From positions 23,188,001 through 23,252,000 of the forward strand of contig OZ360242.1 in assembly GCA_977017645.1 (NCBI GenBank): a stretch of DNA of 64,000 nt, read 5' to 3'. This document shows, piece after piece, positions 26,311-37,640 of the stretch; positions within the stretch are counted from its first letter, which is position 1; every line of letters begins with the position of its first letter. Below the pieces are notes generated by a model that saw nothing but the letters and a program-made list of their open reading frames with translations, was not told the origin of the DNA and made no database searches. Source of the stretch: Torpedo marmorata (lineage: Eukaryota). The translations under genes and the position numbers were made by a program.

Positions 26311-27564
26311 CAGTACGTTTTCCCATATCCGAAAAGCTTGGGACCGGACGGTTTTCGGTTATTGTTTTTTTTTTCCCGGTTAACGGAACAAAACCGAAAA
26401 AACCCAAAAACAGCACAGTAGCATCAGCCGCCGCCAGCCCCCGACACCTCCGTCGCTGATCCCCAACACCTCCCCACCGCCCCCGCCAATCCCCGACACC
26501 TCCCCACCGCCCCCGCCGATCCCCGACACCTCCCCACCACCGTCACTGGTCCCCGACACCTCCCCACCACCGTCACTGGTCCCCGACACCTCCCCACCGC
26601 CCCCGCCGATCCCCGACACCTCCCCACTGTCGTCACTGGTCCCCGACACCTCCCCACCGCCGATCCCCAACACCTCCCAACCACTGCCGCCGATCCCCGA
26701 CACCTCCCAACCACCGTTGCTGATCCCCGACACCTCCCCACCACCGTCACTGGTCCCCGACACCTCCCCACCGCCGATCCCCGACACCTCTCCACCTCCG
26801 TCGCCGATCCCCGACACCTCTCCACCTCCGTCGCCGATCCCCGACACCTCTCCACCTCCGTCGCTGATCCCCGACACCTCCCCACCGCCGTCACTGGTCC
26901 CCGACACCTCCCCGCCGGTCCCTGACACCTCTCCACTGCCGTCACCGATCCCCGACACCACTCCACTACCGTCGCCGATCCCCGACACCTCCCCACCGCC
27001 ATCGCCGATCCCCGACACCACTCCACCGCCATCGCCGATCCCCGACACCACTCCACCGCCATCGCCGATCCCCAACACCTCCCCACTGCTGCCGCCGATC
27101 CCCGACACCACTCCACCGCCATCGCCGATCCCCGACACCACTCCACCGCCATCGCCGATCCCCGACACCTCCCCACTGCTGCCGCCGGGAGGCCACTCTC
27201 CTTGATGACGCCGGGACAGCGGAGTGTAAAGGAGAAATGGAGAGAGAGAGGGGAGGGAGTTACTGAAACGAGCACAATCTCCCCATGTGCTGCCTGACCC
27301 GCCAACTTCCTCCAGTCGCTCACTGATGGCTCGAGATTCCAGCCTGCTTCTCTGAGCCGGCATCCAGCTGTTCAGCGTCTGTCTTCCCGGCTGGTTCTGA
27401 GCTCTGTTGTTACCAAACTGGCGCCAACATGTGGGTCACAGCCCCACGTGGGCAAGTCAGGTGATAAATTTTTTTCAACTTGTGACGTCATTTCGGCGCC
27501 GCAAAAAAGTTCGGTTAATGGAACATTTCAGTTAACGGAACTTCGGATATGGGGAAATGTACTG
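26311..27564. mobile_element. Tigger4/MER46-like (pogo) non-autonomous element carrying a minisatellite
   Basis: TA|cagtacgttttcccatatccgaa...ttcggatatggggaaatgtactg|TA; subterminal gcttgggacc and tgtgacgtcatttcggcgccgcaaaaaagttcgg. Confidence 0.8.
26430..27186. repeat. GC-rich minisatellite, ~25 units of 30 bp (with 24- and 21-bp variants), consensus ~CCGATCCCCGACACCTCCCCACCGCCGTCG
   Basis: Directly visible tandem array; explains the Gly-rich and Pro-rich pseudo-ORFs at 26380-27363. Confidence 0.97.
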
Positions 27565-27639
27565 TATTTGCATTCTAATGCTGCCGCAAAACAACAAATT
27601 TCGTGACATGTTCATGGCAATAAATTCTGATTCTTCTGC

Positions 27640-28110
27640 GCAGTTCCAGTCTCCCAGCTATAGGAAAGGTATCATTAAGCTTGAAAGGGCATAGAAAAGA
27701 TTCACAAGAATGTTACCGGGACAGGTGAGGATGAATTAGAAAGAGAACAGATATGCTGGAACATTTTTCCTTGAAGCGTAGGAGGCGGAGGGATGATCGT
27801 AGAGTCTTTTAAAATCATGAGGAGCACAGGGAAAGTAAGTGCTCTTTAGCCTCAGGGTAGGGGAATCTAAAACTAGAGGGCATAGATGCAAAGTGAGAGG
27901 GAAAAGATTGAAAGGGAATGCGAGGAGCACATTTTTCACACAGAGGGCAGTGGGTAGATGGAACAAGCTACTACAGAGGAAGTGGTGAAGGTGGGCACAA
28001 TTGTAACACTTAGCAGACATTTAAAAAAATAGAAGGCTGGGAAAGTTTTAGAGAGATGTGTGCTGAATGCAGGCAAATATTCATTGTGGACGTTGGGCCA
28101 GAGAACCCAT
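27640..28110 (+). mobile_element. Old CR1 3' fragment
   Basis: gaaaagattcacaagaatgttacc...aactagagggcatag...tttttcacacagagggcagtgg. Confidence 0.7.
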
Positions 28111-28436
28111 TTGCATGTTTTAAACTCTACTTTTCCACAAAGACAACAAGCAATGAACTTAGGAGCATAGTCACTGGCACTTCAAGGACATTTCAAAACA
28201 AGGAAAAAGGAGTAAAAAAAAGGAAAATACTAATGTCTGAGGAAACATCTGCACCAGAGAAAAAGGAACATTGTCCAGGAAAACACCCTTAAAATACAAT
28301 AAAGGGCTATCAGATGAGGTAATATTCTATTATTTATAAGCACTTACAATAAAGCAAACTCACAACATCAAAGAAAACCACTTAAAACCTATGAAAATAT
28401 TAAACCATTTACAAATCCAAGTCAGACTGTCCTTAC

Positions 28437-28688
28437 CGATGATCGTCCATATTATCTATTTGTTTTTTCACATAGCTGTCTATTCGCTTGCGGTACGTTC
28501 GATTTGTGAGCTTTCCCACCATCCCCAGTCCATAGGGTCGCTTTTCCTTGGCAAGCAGTTTCTTGACTGGTATTGCAATTCGCTGACCTCTCCTCTGCCC
28601 ACTCACGCTCACCACCTCCTGCCTTAAGCGGACCTTGGGCTGAGGAGGTGCACCTTCTTTTTGCTTCCGCCAGCCTCGCTCCAATGGG
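28437..28688 (-). CDS. RHBDF1: iRhom1 coding exon (252 nt): [12 protein letters not shown]...[34 protein letters not shown](R)
   Basis: Acceptor gttttcag, donor CG|gtaagg; lies within ORF 28433..28702. Confidence 0.96.
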
Positions 28689-29026
28689 CTGAAAACAACC
28701 ATTAATCAATGATTACTTTGTCTGGGTTACCATAAGCGTTTGCCTAAGTAACCCACCTAGTTGTAGGAGAAGCTGCAACTAAGGATCACTCTAAGGGGTT
28801 CAGACATTTAAGACACAGATGAAAGAAATCTTTCTCTCTCAGGGTTGACAGTCTTTGGAATTCTTCCACTCCATGGACAGTCGAAGTGGAGCCTTTGAAA
28901 TATTTTTAAGGCAGAGGTAGGTAGATTGTCGATAAGACGGTGAAAAGTTACCACTAGTAGTTGAGGTCACAATCAGTTTAGCCATGATTTTATTAAATGG
29001 TGGTGCAGGTTTGAGGAACAGAACAG

Positions 29027-29255
29027 AGTTAAACAAGAAAGCATGCAGATGAGGGGATAGAGTGCAATACATAAACCTGCTGGAGAAACTCAGCAGGTCA
29101 CGCAGGAGATAAAGGGTAACCAACATTTCGGGCCCGGGCCCTTTCACCACGTATAACCCTATACCTGATGAAGAGCCCAGGCCCGAAACGTTGGTTACCC
29201 TTTACCTCCTACAAATGCTGCATGACCTGCTGCGTTTCTCCAGCGGGATTGTGTA
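29027..29255. mobile_element. Penelope-terminal-repeat-derived hairpin mini-element with hammerhead-like core
   Basis: Two inverted ~85-bp arms around ~29158; CTGATGA-AGAGCCCAGGCCC-GAAACGTT at 29165-29192; 16-bp TSD ttgaggaacagaacag. Confidence 0.8.
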
Positions 29256-29560
29256 TTGAGGAACAGAACAGTCTAACTCTGCTGCTAATTCATATGCAAA
29301 TACATGCACCCTACACAAATGCAAGCATTTGCTAACCCAGGAAAAAAGTTTAGCATGTCTCGATGTGCAACTTACACATTTAGTCAACTTGTGTCTTTTT
29401 TTTCACCACAAGCAGGATGTGAAATGCAAAAGATTTATACTTCAGAGGCATATTTAAAGCAAACTCTATTGAATGGATTTTAAAAGTCACTATAATGTAG
29501 AAGCATTTAACATTCTAATCAAAGACTTGGAACTGCTCTCCTGAAAACTATACATTTGGT

Positions 29561-29781
29561 AAATGTAAAGGTTCCATTATTGTCACGTAATACTACATTT
29601 AGAATGTAATATACATGAAATTCTTTAATTTTTGTCCACCGTAAGGCAGACAGAGGGTCGCTACTTTGTCCAGCGCCCCTCGCAGCACCTGGTGTTCCTA
29701 GGCGGTCTCCCCTCTGAGTACTGACCAGTCCTGTGCCTGCTTAGCTTCCGAGATCAGACAATCCCAGTCGTATTCAGGCTA
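29561..29781 (-). mobile_element. 5S rRNA-derived SINE (SINE3-like) with Rex1-type 3' tail
   Basis: Minus strand of 29683-29781 reads tagcctgaatacg...gtctgatctcggaagctaagcagg...ggtcagtact...ggagaccgcctaggaacaccaggtgctg (5S rRNA); it is followed by tctgtctgcctt...aatttcatgt...gtgacaataa. Confidence 0.88.
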
Positions 29782-31165
29782 TTGGTGCTGTTTGTTAACT
29801 TGTCCTCTGTCAGTAAACACATCACATCCATTGGATTGGGAAGTTTCTGGTCCTGGATTGGTCTAACAAATCGGCATTTCTGTCTTTGTACAAGTAGGCC
29901 TGGGTTTATATTTAGTACAGGAAGAGAACTGAGGTGGTAGAGGCAGTGGAACAGTGTGAACGGCGTGAGTGGGAGTTTTCCCATACAGCCAACTGAACTG
30001 ATTGGCAGATTGCCTTTCCAATTCTTCAAACAATTTTCCTGACCAACTACCACCTGATTAAAAAGATGCCCATCTTGAAGAGAAAGTGCCTGGCATCTCA
30101 AGGGGCTGACCCCTACATGAGCACATGGGAATGGGGGACAGTGGTCGGTCGTCAAACCTGCAAACCGCATAGAGTTGAACCCCTTTAGCCTGCAGAAAGC
30201 ATTTCTACTCTATCTGCTCCACCAGCACTGGACATCAATTCCCTGATCTTTCAAAATATCTTTCTTTTAATTCTCCTATTGACCTGGCTTCCCCGACCCT
30301 CTCGTTGAGAATTCCAGTGATTCACCACCCTCTGTGATAAAAAAAAATTCCCATCTATCTCAGTTTTAAATGAAAATCTCCTTCTAAATACGTCTCCTCA
30401 TTGGGGATTCTCCGCTCCTTTAGCCAGAGGGTGGTGATTCTGTGGAATTTGTTGCCACGGGTGGTTGTGGAGGCCAAGTCATTGGATGATTTAAGGAAGA
30501 GATTGATAGGTTCTTGATTAGCCAGGGCATCAAAGGTTATAGGGAGAAGGCCAGGCAGTGGGGCTGAGCGGGAAAATGGATCAGTTCATGAATGAATGGC
30601 GGGGCAGACTGGATAGGCCTACTTCTGTTCCTACGTCTTATGGTCTCCTGCAAGATTCTTCCATTAGTGGAAACATATTGACATCTCCCTTGACCTGCCC
30701 CTAAAGATCCTGCATGTTTCAATAAGATCTCCCCTCAGTCTTCTAAACTTCAAATAAAGGTTTAATTTCTTTAGCCATTCATGATTTAATTTAAATAGAT
30801 AGGTGGGGGGAGCAGGGTGAGAATGAAGTTTAATTCGTCCAACATTTTTCCCCTGAAAACTTTCCTCTCATATTTTGGAAGGAATAATCATAATTCTCTA
30901 CTAAATGAGGTGACAGATAAATCTATTGAATGTGAAACGGTATACATAGGGACTGACAACAGTTAGCCACTACCTCTCCATCCAAACCCAAATTACATTT
31001 TAATGTGAAATTATCGAAAGTTATGATGCAACTACAGTAAAAATGGAACAAAATATCTTTTCTGATCTGCTTTTTACCTTTTACATTCTGAGTTAATCTT
31101 TACAGCAACTCACTAGTCAGGATTTTCCATTCCACAAAGCTGGTAGAAAAACTGCAACAACTTAC

Positions 31166-31326
31166 AGCATTAGATGACTTTTCTCGAGTTCACTTTTGTC
31201 CAAGGCACTGCCGGTCAGATCAGACTGATCCAGGGAATTGCCTTCGCTTTCCTTTGCAGTAACAGTTTCTGCAGGCTCAAATACCTCATCGGGATAAGTG
31301 GACAGCTCTTCATGTAGGACTCCTTC
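31166..31326 (-). CDS. RHBDF1: iRhom1 coding exon (161 nt): [17 protein letters not shown]...[18 protein letters not shown](L)
   Basis: Translated by hand (not in the ORF track); acceptor ttttggccag, donor CT|gtaagt; phase fits both neighbours. Confidence 0.95.
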
Positions 31327-33074
31327 CTGGCCAAAAGAAATAACAAATTCAAGGAGAAAATCTCAGCAAATTCTATGAGTTAGCACATCATAATCGTCAC
31401 ATTAAAAGGTGTATCTCTAAACCATCTATATTGATCGAGGTTCTCCACATCTCCATGTGATTTAACATCAAATTCCATTTGATGACAGCAAAACATCCAA
31501 AGTGATGTTAAAGATCCAAACATGATGTTAAAGGCCCCATGTTATGTAGTATGATACCATGATAAATAGGAGTTATAGATATTCACTCAATTCCAACATA
31601 TTTCTGTCCTATTACCATCGAATTGCTCATTGTTGCACAATGCCCACCAGATGGAGACACTTCAAAGCAAACCCTGGCTCAGCACAGTTGGTGCCATTTC
31701 CATCTGCTAACCAGCTCTCATTCTCAAACAGCCTGAGGCTCAACTAACTATTCTGAGAAACTGAAAGGGAAAGCACAAGTCATTCTGGAAAAAAGCCATC
31801 TTGAACTGGGGAATTAGCCATCTGGACCTAACTAAAAACTTTTATTAATGTAGCTTTTTGGTCAATTTTCCACATTTGCTATTAATAATAACTATGAAGG
31901 AATGCAGAAAATTCAGTGCATTATTGGGAGTGTCCTCAGGTTAAAACATGATTACATTTGTTGCTTTTCATTCAGCACCTCCCTCTACTATACAACAAAT
32001 AGTGACATCATTACGTTCATGCAATGAAAATCACCTTAAATCATGCTATTCTACACAACCAATCAGTACAGTGTTCTTGATAGTAAACCATCTATTCTGA
32101 GAAGGTTGATCATTTTAACAAGTTGAATCCATGGTGACTACCTTGGGGCAACAACACTGGAAAAATCCACGATATGTTGATTTTCATCATTTCTATGGTA
32201 ACACGTGAGCACTGTGCAGTTCTTTGCTGCTAGAAGCTACAAAACGCCAATGACTACTGCCTTGGTTCTGATCCAAAGAGCTCATCTTTCTGTAAGCGAA
32301 CAGTTTCAGTTGATAATTCAAAGCAAACTGATTTCTTAAAATGGAGATTGGCCATTTTACAGAGACAACAGATTCTGAAACATGGAGCGAGAAATAAACC
32401 GCTGGAAGAACTTAATGCGGCAAGAGACATCCGTGAAGGCAAAGAGATGGTCAACATTTCGAGTTGAGAGCCAGCTTTAGGACTGTGCAGGAGGAAGATA
32501 GCTAGTATATTGTCATGAGGAGGAGGGGTGAGACAAGGGGCTGGTAGGTGATAGCTGGAACCAGGTGGGGGAGAGGATAGAAAAGAGAGAAGAAACCTAA
32601 GAAGAATAGATACATAGGTAATGGACAGATGCAGCCATGTGGAAGAGGGACGGAAAAGGCAACACAGGGAGAAGGACTAGAGGATTGGGAAAGGAACACA
32701 GGGGCAGTTGTCATATAAAATTGGACATTTAATATTCATACAATTGGGCTGTCGGCTGCTCAAGAGGTGCTGTTTATTTAGTTGGCATTTGGCCTCACTG
32801 TCGAGTGATAGCTGGAATAGGATAAGGGAAACCAAATACAAATGAGAAGAACAGCACCTAATATTCCACTTGGGTTGCCCACAGCCCAAGACATTTAATG
32901 CTGGGATCTTGTTCACATGCACCACCCGAGTGCTAGTCAAGAAGACACCTGAGCATCTTTATATCAACCGTCGTGGGCTTTTCAACAGTGGGCCAAGGTT
33001 TTGCTGAAAGATTCTTGCATCATTTATCTCCAAGGATAATTATTCAAAGGCAACAATGGGCCATATATTGTTGT

Positions 33075-33700
33075 GCGCAAAAGTGCTGGACAAATTTAGC
33101 AGGTCATGCAGCATCAGTGGAACGTAAAAGGCAGTGGATGCTTCGAGCCTGAGCCCTTCAGGGGTGCCAGAAATCAGGTAGACACCTGAATAGAAAGGTG
33201 GGGAGGGGGAGGAATACAGGCAAGAGGTAATAGGTGGATACATGTGCGAGGGAAGAAGAGAAAGAAGCTGAAAACTGAGAGAGGAGGACTAAGAAAGATA
33301 GCTCTTTGATGCAATACCTCGAATTCTGTCTCAGCAGTCTCTAACTGGACGCATCGGTATCGACCTGTCCAGTTTCTGTTAACCTCCTCCATCAGTCTCG
33401 CCGCTTCCCTCATCCTTGTCTCCATTCCTCTATCTCCTCACCCCCTTCCCTTCCTGCTCCTATCAGAGAACCATCATTCTTAGCCCTCTTTCCCCTTTCA
33501 CCTCTCAGCTTCTTTCTCTTCTACCCTTTCACCTGTATCCACCTATTACGTTTTACCTATTAGCCTGTGTTCCTCCCCCTTCTCATCCCCCCCCTTCTCA
33601 TCCCCCCCACCCATTTTTTTTTAATTCGGGCATTGGCCTGATTTTCAACACTCATGAATGTCTCGGCATCTGTAGATTTCCTTGTTTACCTCCTTGTTGA
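33075..33700. mobile_element. Older Penelope-like terminal-repeat fragments in inverted arrangement
   Basis: tgctggacaaatttagcaggtcatgcagcatc...cgagcctgagcccttca; purine-rich 33190-33290 is mirrored by pyrimidine-rich 33480-33650. Confidence 0.55.
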
Positions 33701-34164
33701 TTGATGAAGGCATGCAGCAGAGCTGATGGCCATTGTTTAAGCACTTCAGGACATGCTAAACAACAAAACATTACAAACATGTAAAAAGGAAATAACCCAA
33801 CTTTAACGTGCAACAATATTTCACTTCTGCACAGTGCAGACAAGGTAATATTTATTTCCCTAATTGCCGTGGAGACGATGGTGGTGGGTTACTTTTTAAA
33901 TTGCCACAGTCACTTTGGAGAAGATGTTCTCTCACAGTGCTGTTGGGTAAGGAATACCAGGATTTAAGCCCGGTAACAATGGAGGACGAGTTACATATTT
34001 CCAAGTCAAGGTGGCGTACAATCAGGAGGAAAGCCTTCAGGTGGTGGTGTTCCTCTGCACCTGTAGATTTTGTCCTTCTTAGTCATAGAGGATGAGAGTT
34101 TGGGAGTGAAACACGAAATTCTGCAGACACTGTGATTGTAGTTGAAACAGAGGTGCTGGAGGAC

Positions 34165-34610
34165 AATAGGTGCAGGAGTAGGCCATTCGGCCCTCCAGCC
34201 AGCACCGCCATTCACTGTGATCATGGCTGATCATCCACTATCAGTACCCTGTTCCTGCCGTCTCCCTTGACTCCGCTATCTTTAAAAGCTCTATCTAACT
34301 CTTTCTTGAAAGCATCCAGAGAATTGGCCTCCACTGCCTTCTGAGGCAGAGCATTCCACAGATCCACAACTCTCTGGGTGAAAAAGTTTTTCCTCAACTC
34401 CGTTCTAAATGGTCTACCCCTTATTCTTAAACTGTGGCCTCTGGTTCTGACTCCCCCAACATCGGGAACATGTTTCCTGCCTCTAGTGTGTCCAATCCCT
34501 TAATAATCTTATATGTTTCAATCAGATCCCCTCTCATCCTTCTAAATTCCAGTGTATACAAGCCCAACCGCTCCAATCTTTCTACACATGACAGTCCCGC
34601 CATTCCGGGA
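34165..34610 (-). mobile_element. CR1 3' end inserted into a Penelope terminal repeat
   Basis: ggagtaggccattcggcc 3' UTR motif and RGDLIETYKI on the minus strand; the Penelope motif gtgctggagga|..|tcagccggtctcgcagc is split around it. Confidence 0.8.
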
Positions 34611-36005
34611 ATCAGCCGGTCTCGCAGCGTCCATAGGAGGTAAAGATATATTATCGATGTTTTGGGCTCGAGTCCTCAAAGTATGAGCAAAAAAAAAAAA
34701 AACGGGCATCTGTGTTAAGGGCTGGGGGGAGAAAGTGCTTTTGAGGGGAGCCTGGGTGTGTAACTGCAGTACATTTTTTAAGATAGTACACTATGCACTG
34801 GTAGTGGAGGGAAAGAAATGCTTTTTTATTGAATGGTAGTTGGACTACTAATCAAGAGGACAACTTTGCTTGGGATGGTGTTGAGCTTCTTGAGCACTCA
34901 ACTTATGTATTGTTAATGGTGGTAAACAATGGTTATGGCCCGAAACGTTGATTACCTTTTGCCTTCCATGGATGCTGCCTGAACTGCTGAGGTCCTCAAG
35001 CATTTTGTGCATTTCTTCTGATGTTAATGCTGGAAAGGCTTTGGCGTATTGCGAGGCAAGTCACTTGTCACGGGTTCCCTCTGACTTGCTCTTATTGCCA
35101 TAGAATTTGTGTGGCTAGTCCAGTTGAATTTCTCCTCAACGGTGACCCCTGGGATATTGGGGGACAGGGTACTCCAGTGAAGGTAATGCCATTGAATATC
35201 AACCTTAGGTGGTTAGACTTTCCTTTGTTGGAGATAGTCATAGTCTAGCACTTCTATGTCACAACTATTACTTGTTGCTATCAGTCCATGCCTGAATGCT
35301 GTCTAGGTCCTTCAAATATGGCAATACCACATCTACCACCTCAACATTTCTGTAGCCTACAAATCTAAAAATTGATAACAATTAAACGGACAACCATCAA
35401 TGCATTCCCTTCTGAAAGATGATAAAATACTTCCTTTACTTTCTGAACTTCTATTCAGAGAGGAGAATGCTCCAGTTTTTGGAAGAAATTTTCTACGAGT
35501 AGAAGGCAAACAGCATAGCACCAAAGGCAGTGAATCAGGGTGAGATAATTTAACAAGCAATTCAGTTAGTCTCATTCCTTCCCTCCCTTCTTCCCTGCCA
35601 ACTTGTTTTTTTTTGTTTCAAATACAAATCAATGGATCTGTATCACTGCCTTTTTGGTAATGCTTCTAAATTTTAAGAAAACATTAAAGATTTTCACTTG
35701 AAATCGACCATTTCCCACTGGTAAATGTTTTGTTTAGAGTGACATATCATATAAATTCACAAAAATGAAATGTGGGAGGTTTGCTCAGTGGGACTCAATT
35801 CCAGTTCCACCTGCTTTTAATTTACTCTGAGGTTCCACCAGTCAGCACTGATTTGCCTTTGTTGTTTAGTTTTCATGCTTAATTCACATTGAGTATTCTT
35901 CAAACTTGATAAAAACAGCTGCACGCAGCAAATGCAGCCTCCAGCAACAAAGATTGAAGCCAGCACCAAATAATAAATCAAATGGTCTCTCTTAAGGAAC
36001 CTCAC

Positions 36006-36128
36006 CCTTGCGAAAAATGAGGTATCCAACTCATCCGGGAAATCCACAGTTTCTTCTTCTGCAAAACTTGCCGGAGTAAAGCTGCGTCGCTGAGCCTGTC
36101 GGTTTGTACTTTCCCTGAGAGAGCGTCC
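36006..36128 (-). CDS. RHBDF1: iRhom1 coding exon (123 nt): [41 protein letters not shown]
   Basis: Acceptor cgtacag, donor AGG|gtgagg; RRSFTPASF and [13 protein letters not shown] motifs. Confidence 0.95.
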
Positions 36129-37429
36129 CTGTACGAGATAGGAAACTCCTGAGTTTCAGTTCAAACAACTTACAACTGAGGGACACTGCAGCAGTGAAAC
36201 AGAAATTTCCCCGCACTTACCGGAACATGTCCAAATCGACAGTAATGTCAAGTCTGACCCTCACTGGCAAGCGCAATCAATCAATCCATTCTTGAGACCA
36301 CCACCAAGAAACTGATCAGCAGCTCCAAAAGGAATGTGAGTCGAACAGTTGGCGATGGGTCAAATGTTTTGTTTGGAGGTGGGGTGGGTTGGGGGGTGGA
36401 GTTGAATGTTTAAAGTTGAGTTTTCAGTATTTTCTTTGGCCTGAAACTTTAACAGTTTCTCTTTCCGCTGCCTTATCTATCCGGCATTTTCTCTTTTTGT
36501 ATTGTTTGGAGACTTTCTGCCGGAAATTCAGAGGACACAAAGTTTGTGATGTGCTCCAGGATTGGCTGGTCACATTCAAAGCCTTTTCTTAAGGTGGAAC
36601 CAGATATGGGAAGTCTTTGTTCAATATGTTAGAGCTGGAGGGTATGGGGAAGAAGAAACCTGAAGAATGGAGGAGAGATGTGGCCCAGTGAGAGGATCAG
36701 TGGAATTTGGGAATGACATTGGCCGGTTGCGGTCTGTAGGAAGGGTGGGGATGGTACAGGGTTGAGATTACGATCAATGGATGTGGATAGAGTTGCGACA
36801 GGGTCTTGGAGTTACGAGCATGTCTTGAAGGACAGCTAGTTTAACACTTCCCTTGACCAGCCCAAGCTGGGATATTAGTGCCAGCCTGGGTTCTGTTTAG
36901 GTAGATTTCCCCTTGTCAAGCAGTGGCATGTCTCAGAGACACAGTGAAAGCCTGGACAGTGCACGTGCTTGCGAGACTCACAGGGGACCCCAGAACAAAT
37001 GCTGGGACACAGAGTTTGCACAACTGACACAAGTCCCCAATTGGATCATGCAGCACACAAACTAACATGATCTAATTTCTGAGCATGTGCATATGGAGTT
37101 TGCTTTTTATTTACTTAATACATTAGGCACTAGCAAGCAATCACATCAAGAACAGACTTGTTTGGGTATCACACTAGGACACCAGTGTTCCTTGACCTCA
37201 CACATGTTCACATTTCAGGTGAATTAGAATCACAGGATGTTATACAAAGACAACACTTTTCTCTGCAAACTGGGTTTAATTGCAAGGCAGCATTAACAAG
37301 GAGCAAACATGCCAGTTAATATCATGCATCTTAGTCTAGGCATAGGGATCGAATGTACATTGGCACTGGTGTTGATGCGTGATGAAAACATAAGAAAAGA
37401 AAGAATAAAATACAAAATGGTGAGGTTCC

Positions 37430-37469
37430 TATATAAATATATATACCGGTATATATATATATATATATA
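37430..37469. repeat. Interrupted (TA)n microsatellite
   Basis: Directly visible. Confidence 0.85.
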
Positions 37470-37519
37470 AAAAAATTGCATAGTGTGAATTTGTGCACAG
37501 TTTTCTTAATAGAGATAAA

Positions 37520-37640
37520 ATGGCGGCAGATGTAGAAGTTTGGAGCAAAAAGACAAATTGCTGGAGGAACTCAATGGGTCTAGCAGCATTCGTGAAGGTA
37601 AAGGGCTGCTAGGTTCCTCCAGCATTTTATTTTTTGCTTC
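37520..37640. mobile_element. Old Penelope-derived hairpin
   Basis: tgctggaggaac ... gttcctccagca inverted arms. Confidence 0.55.

Larger units (their letters stand above)
25455..27634 (+). mobile_element. Short Rex1/Babar 3' end split into three pieces (25455-25494, 26209-26310, 27565-27634) by later insertions
   Basis: The rejoined pieces align with 24445-24637 (ttcttcccc..gccatcagatt..caatgaa..gacact..gctgccgcaaaaca..ttcatggcaataaattctgattct). Confidence 0.8.

Noticed and set aside
26430-27186. Regularly spaced repeats resembling a CRISPR array
   Set aside because: The units are contiguous with no unique spacers, the context is a eukaryotic intron, and there are no cas genes.
26380-27363. 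327-aa Gly-rich, 299-aa and 162-aa Pro-rich ORFs suggesting a structural or mucin-like protein
   Set aside because: All arise from a 30-bp minisatellite inside a TA-flanked MITE; they are open on both strands because the units are multiples of 3 and lack stops.
29683-29781. Functional 5S rRNA gene
   Set aside because: It is 5'-truncated, box C is mutated, there is no oligo-T terminator, it is fused to a LINE-type tail, and it is not in a tandem array.
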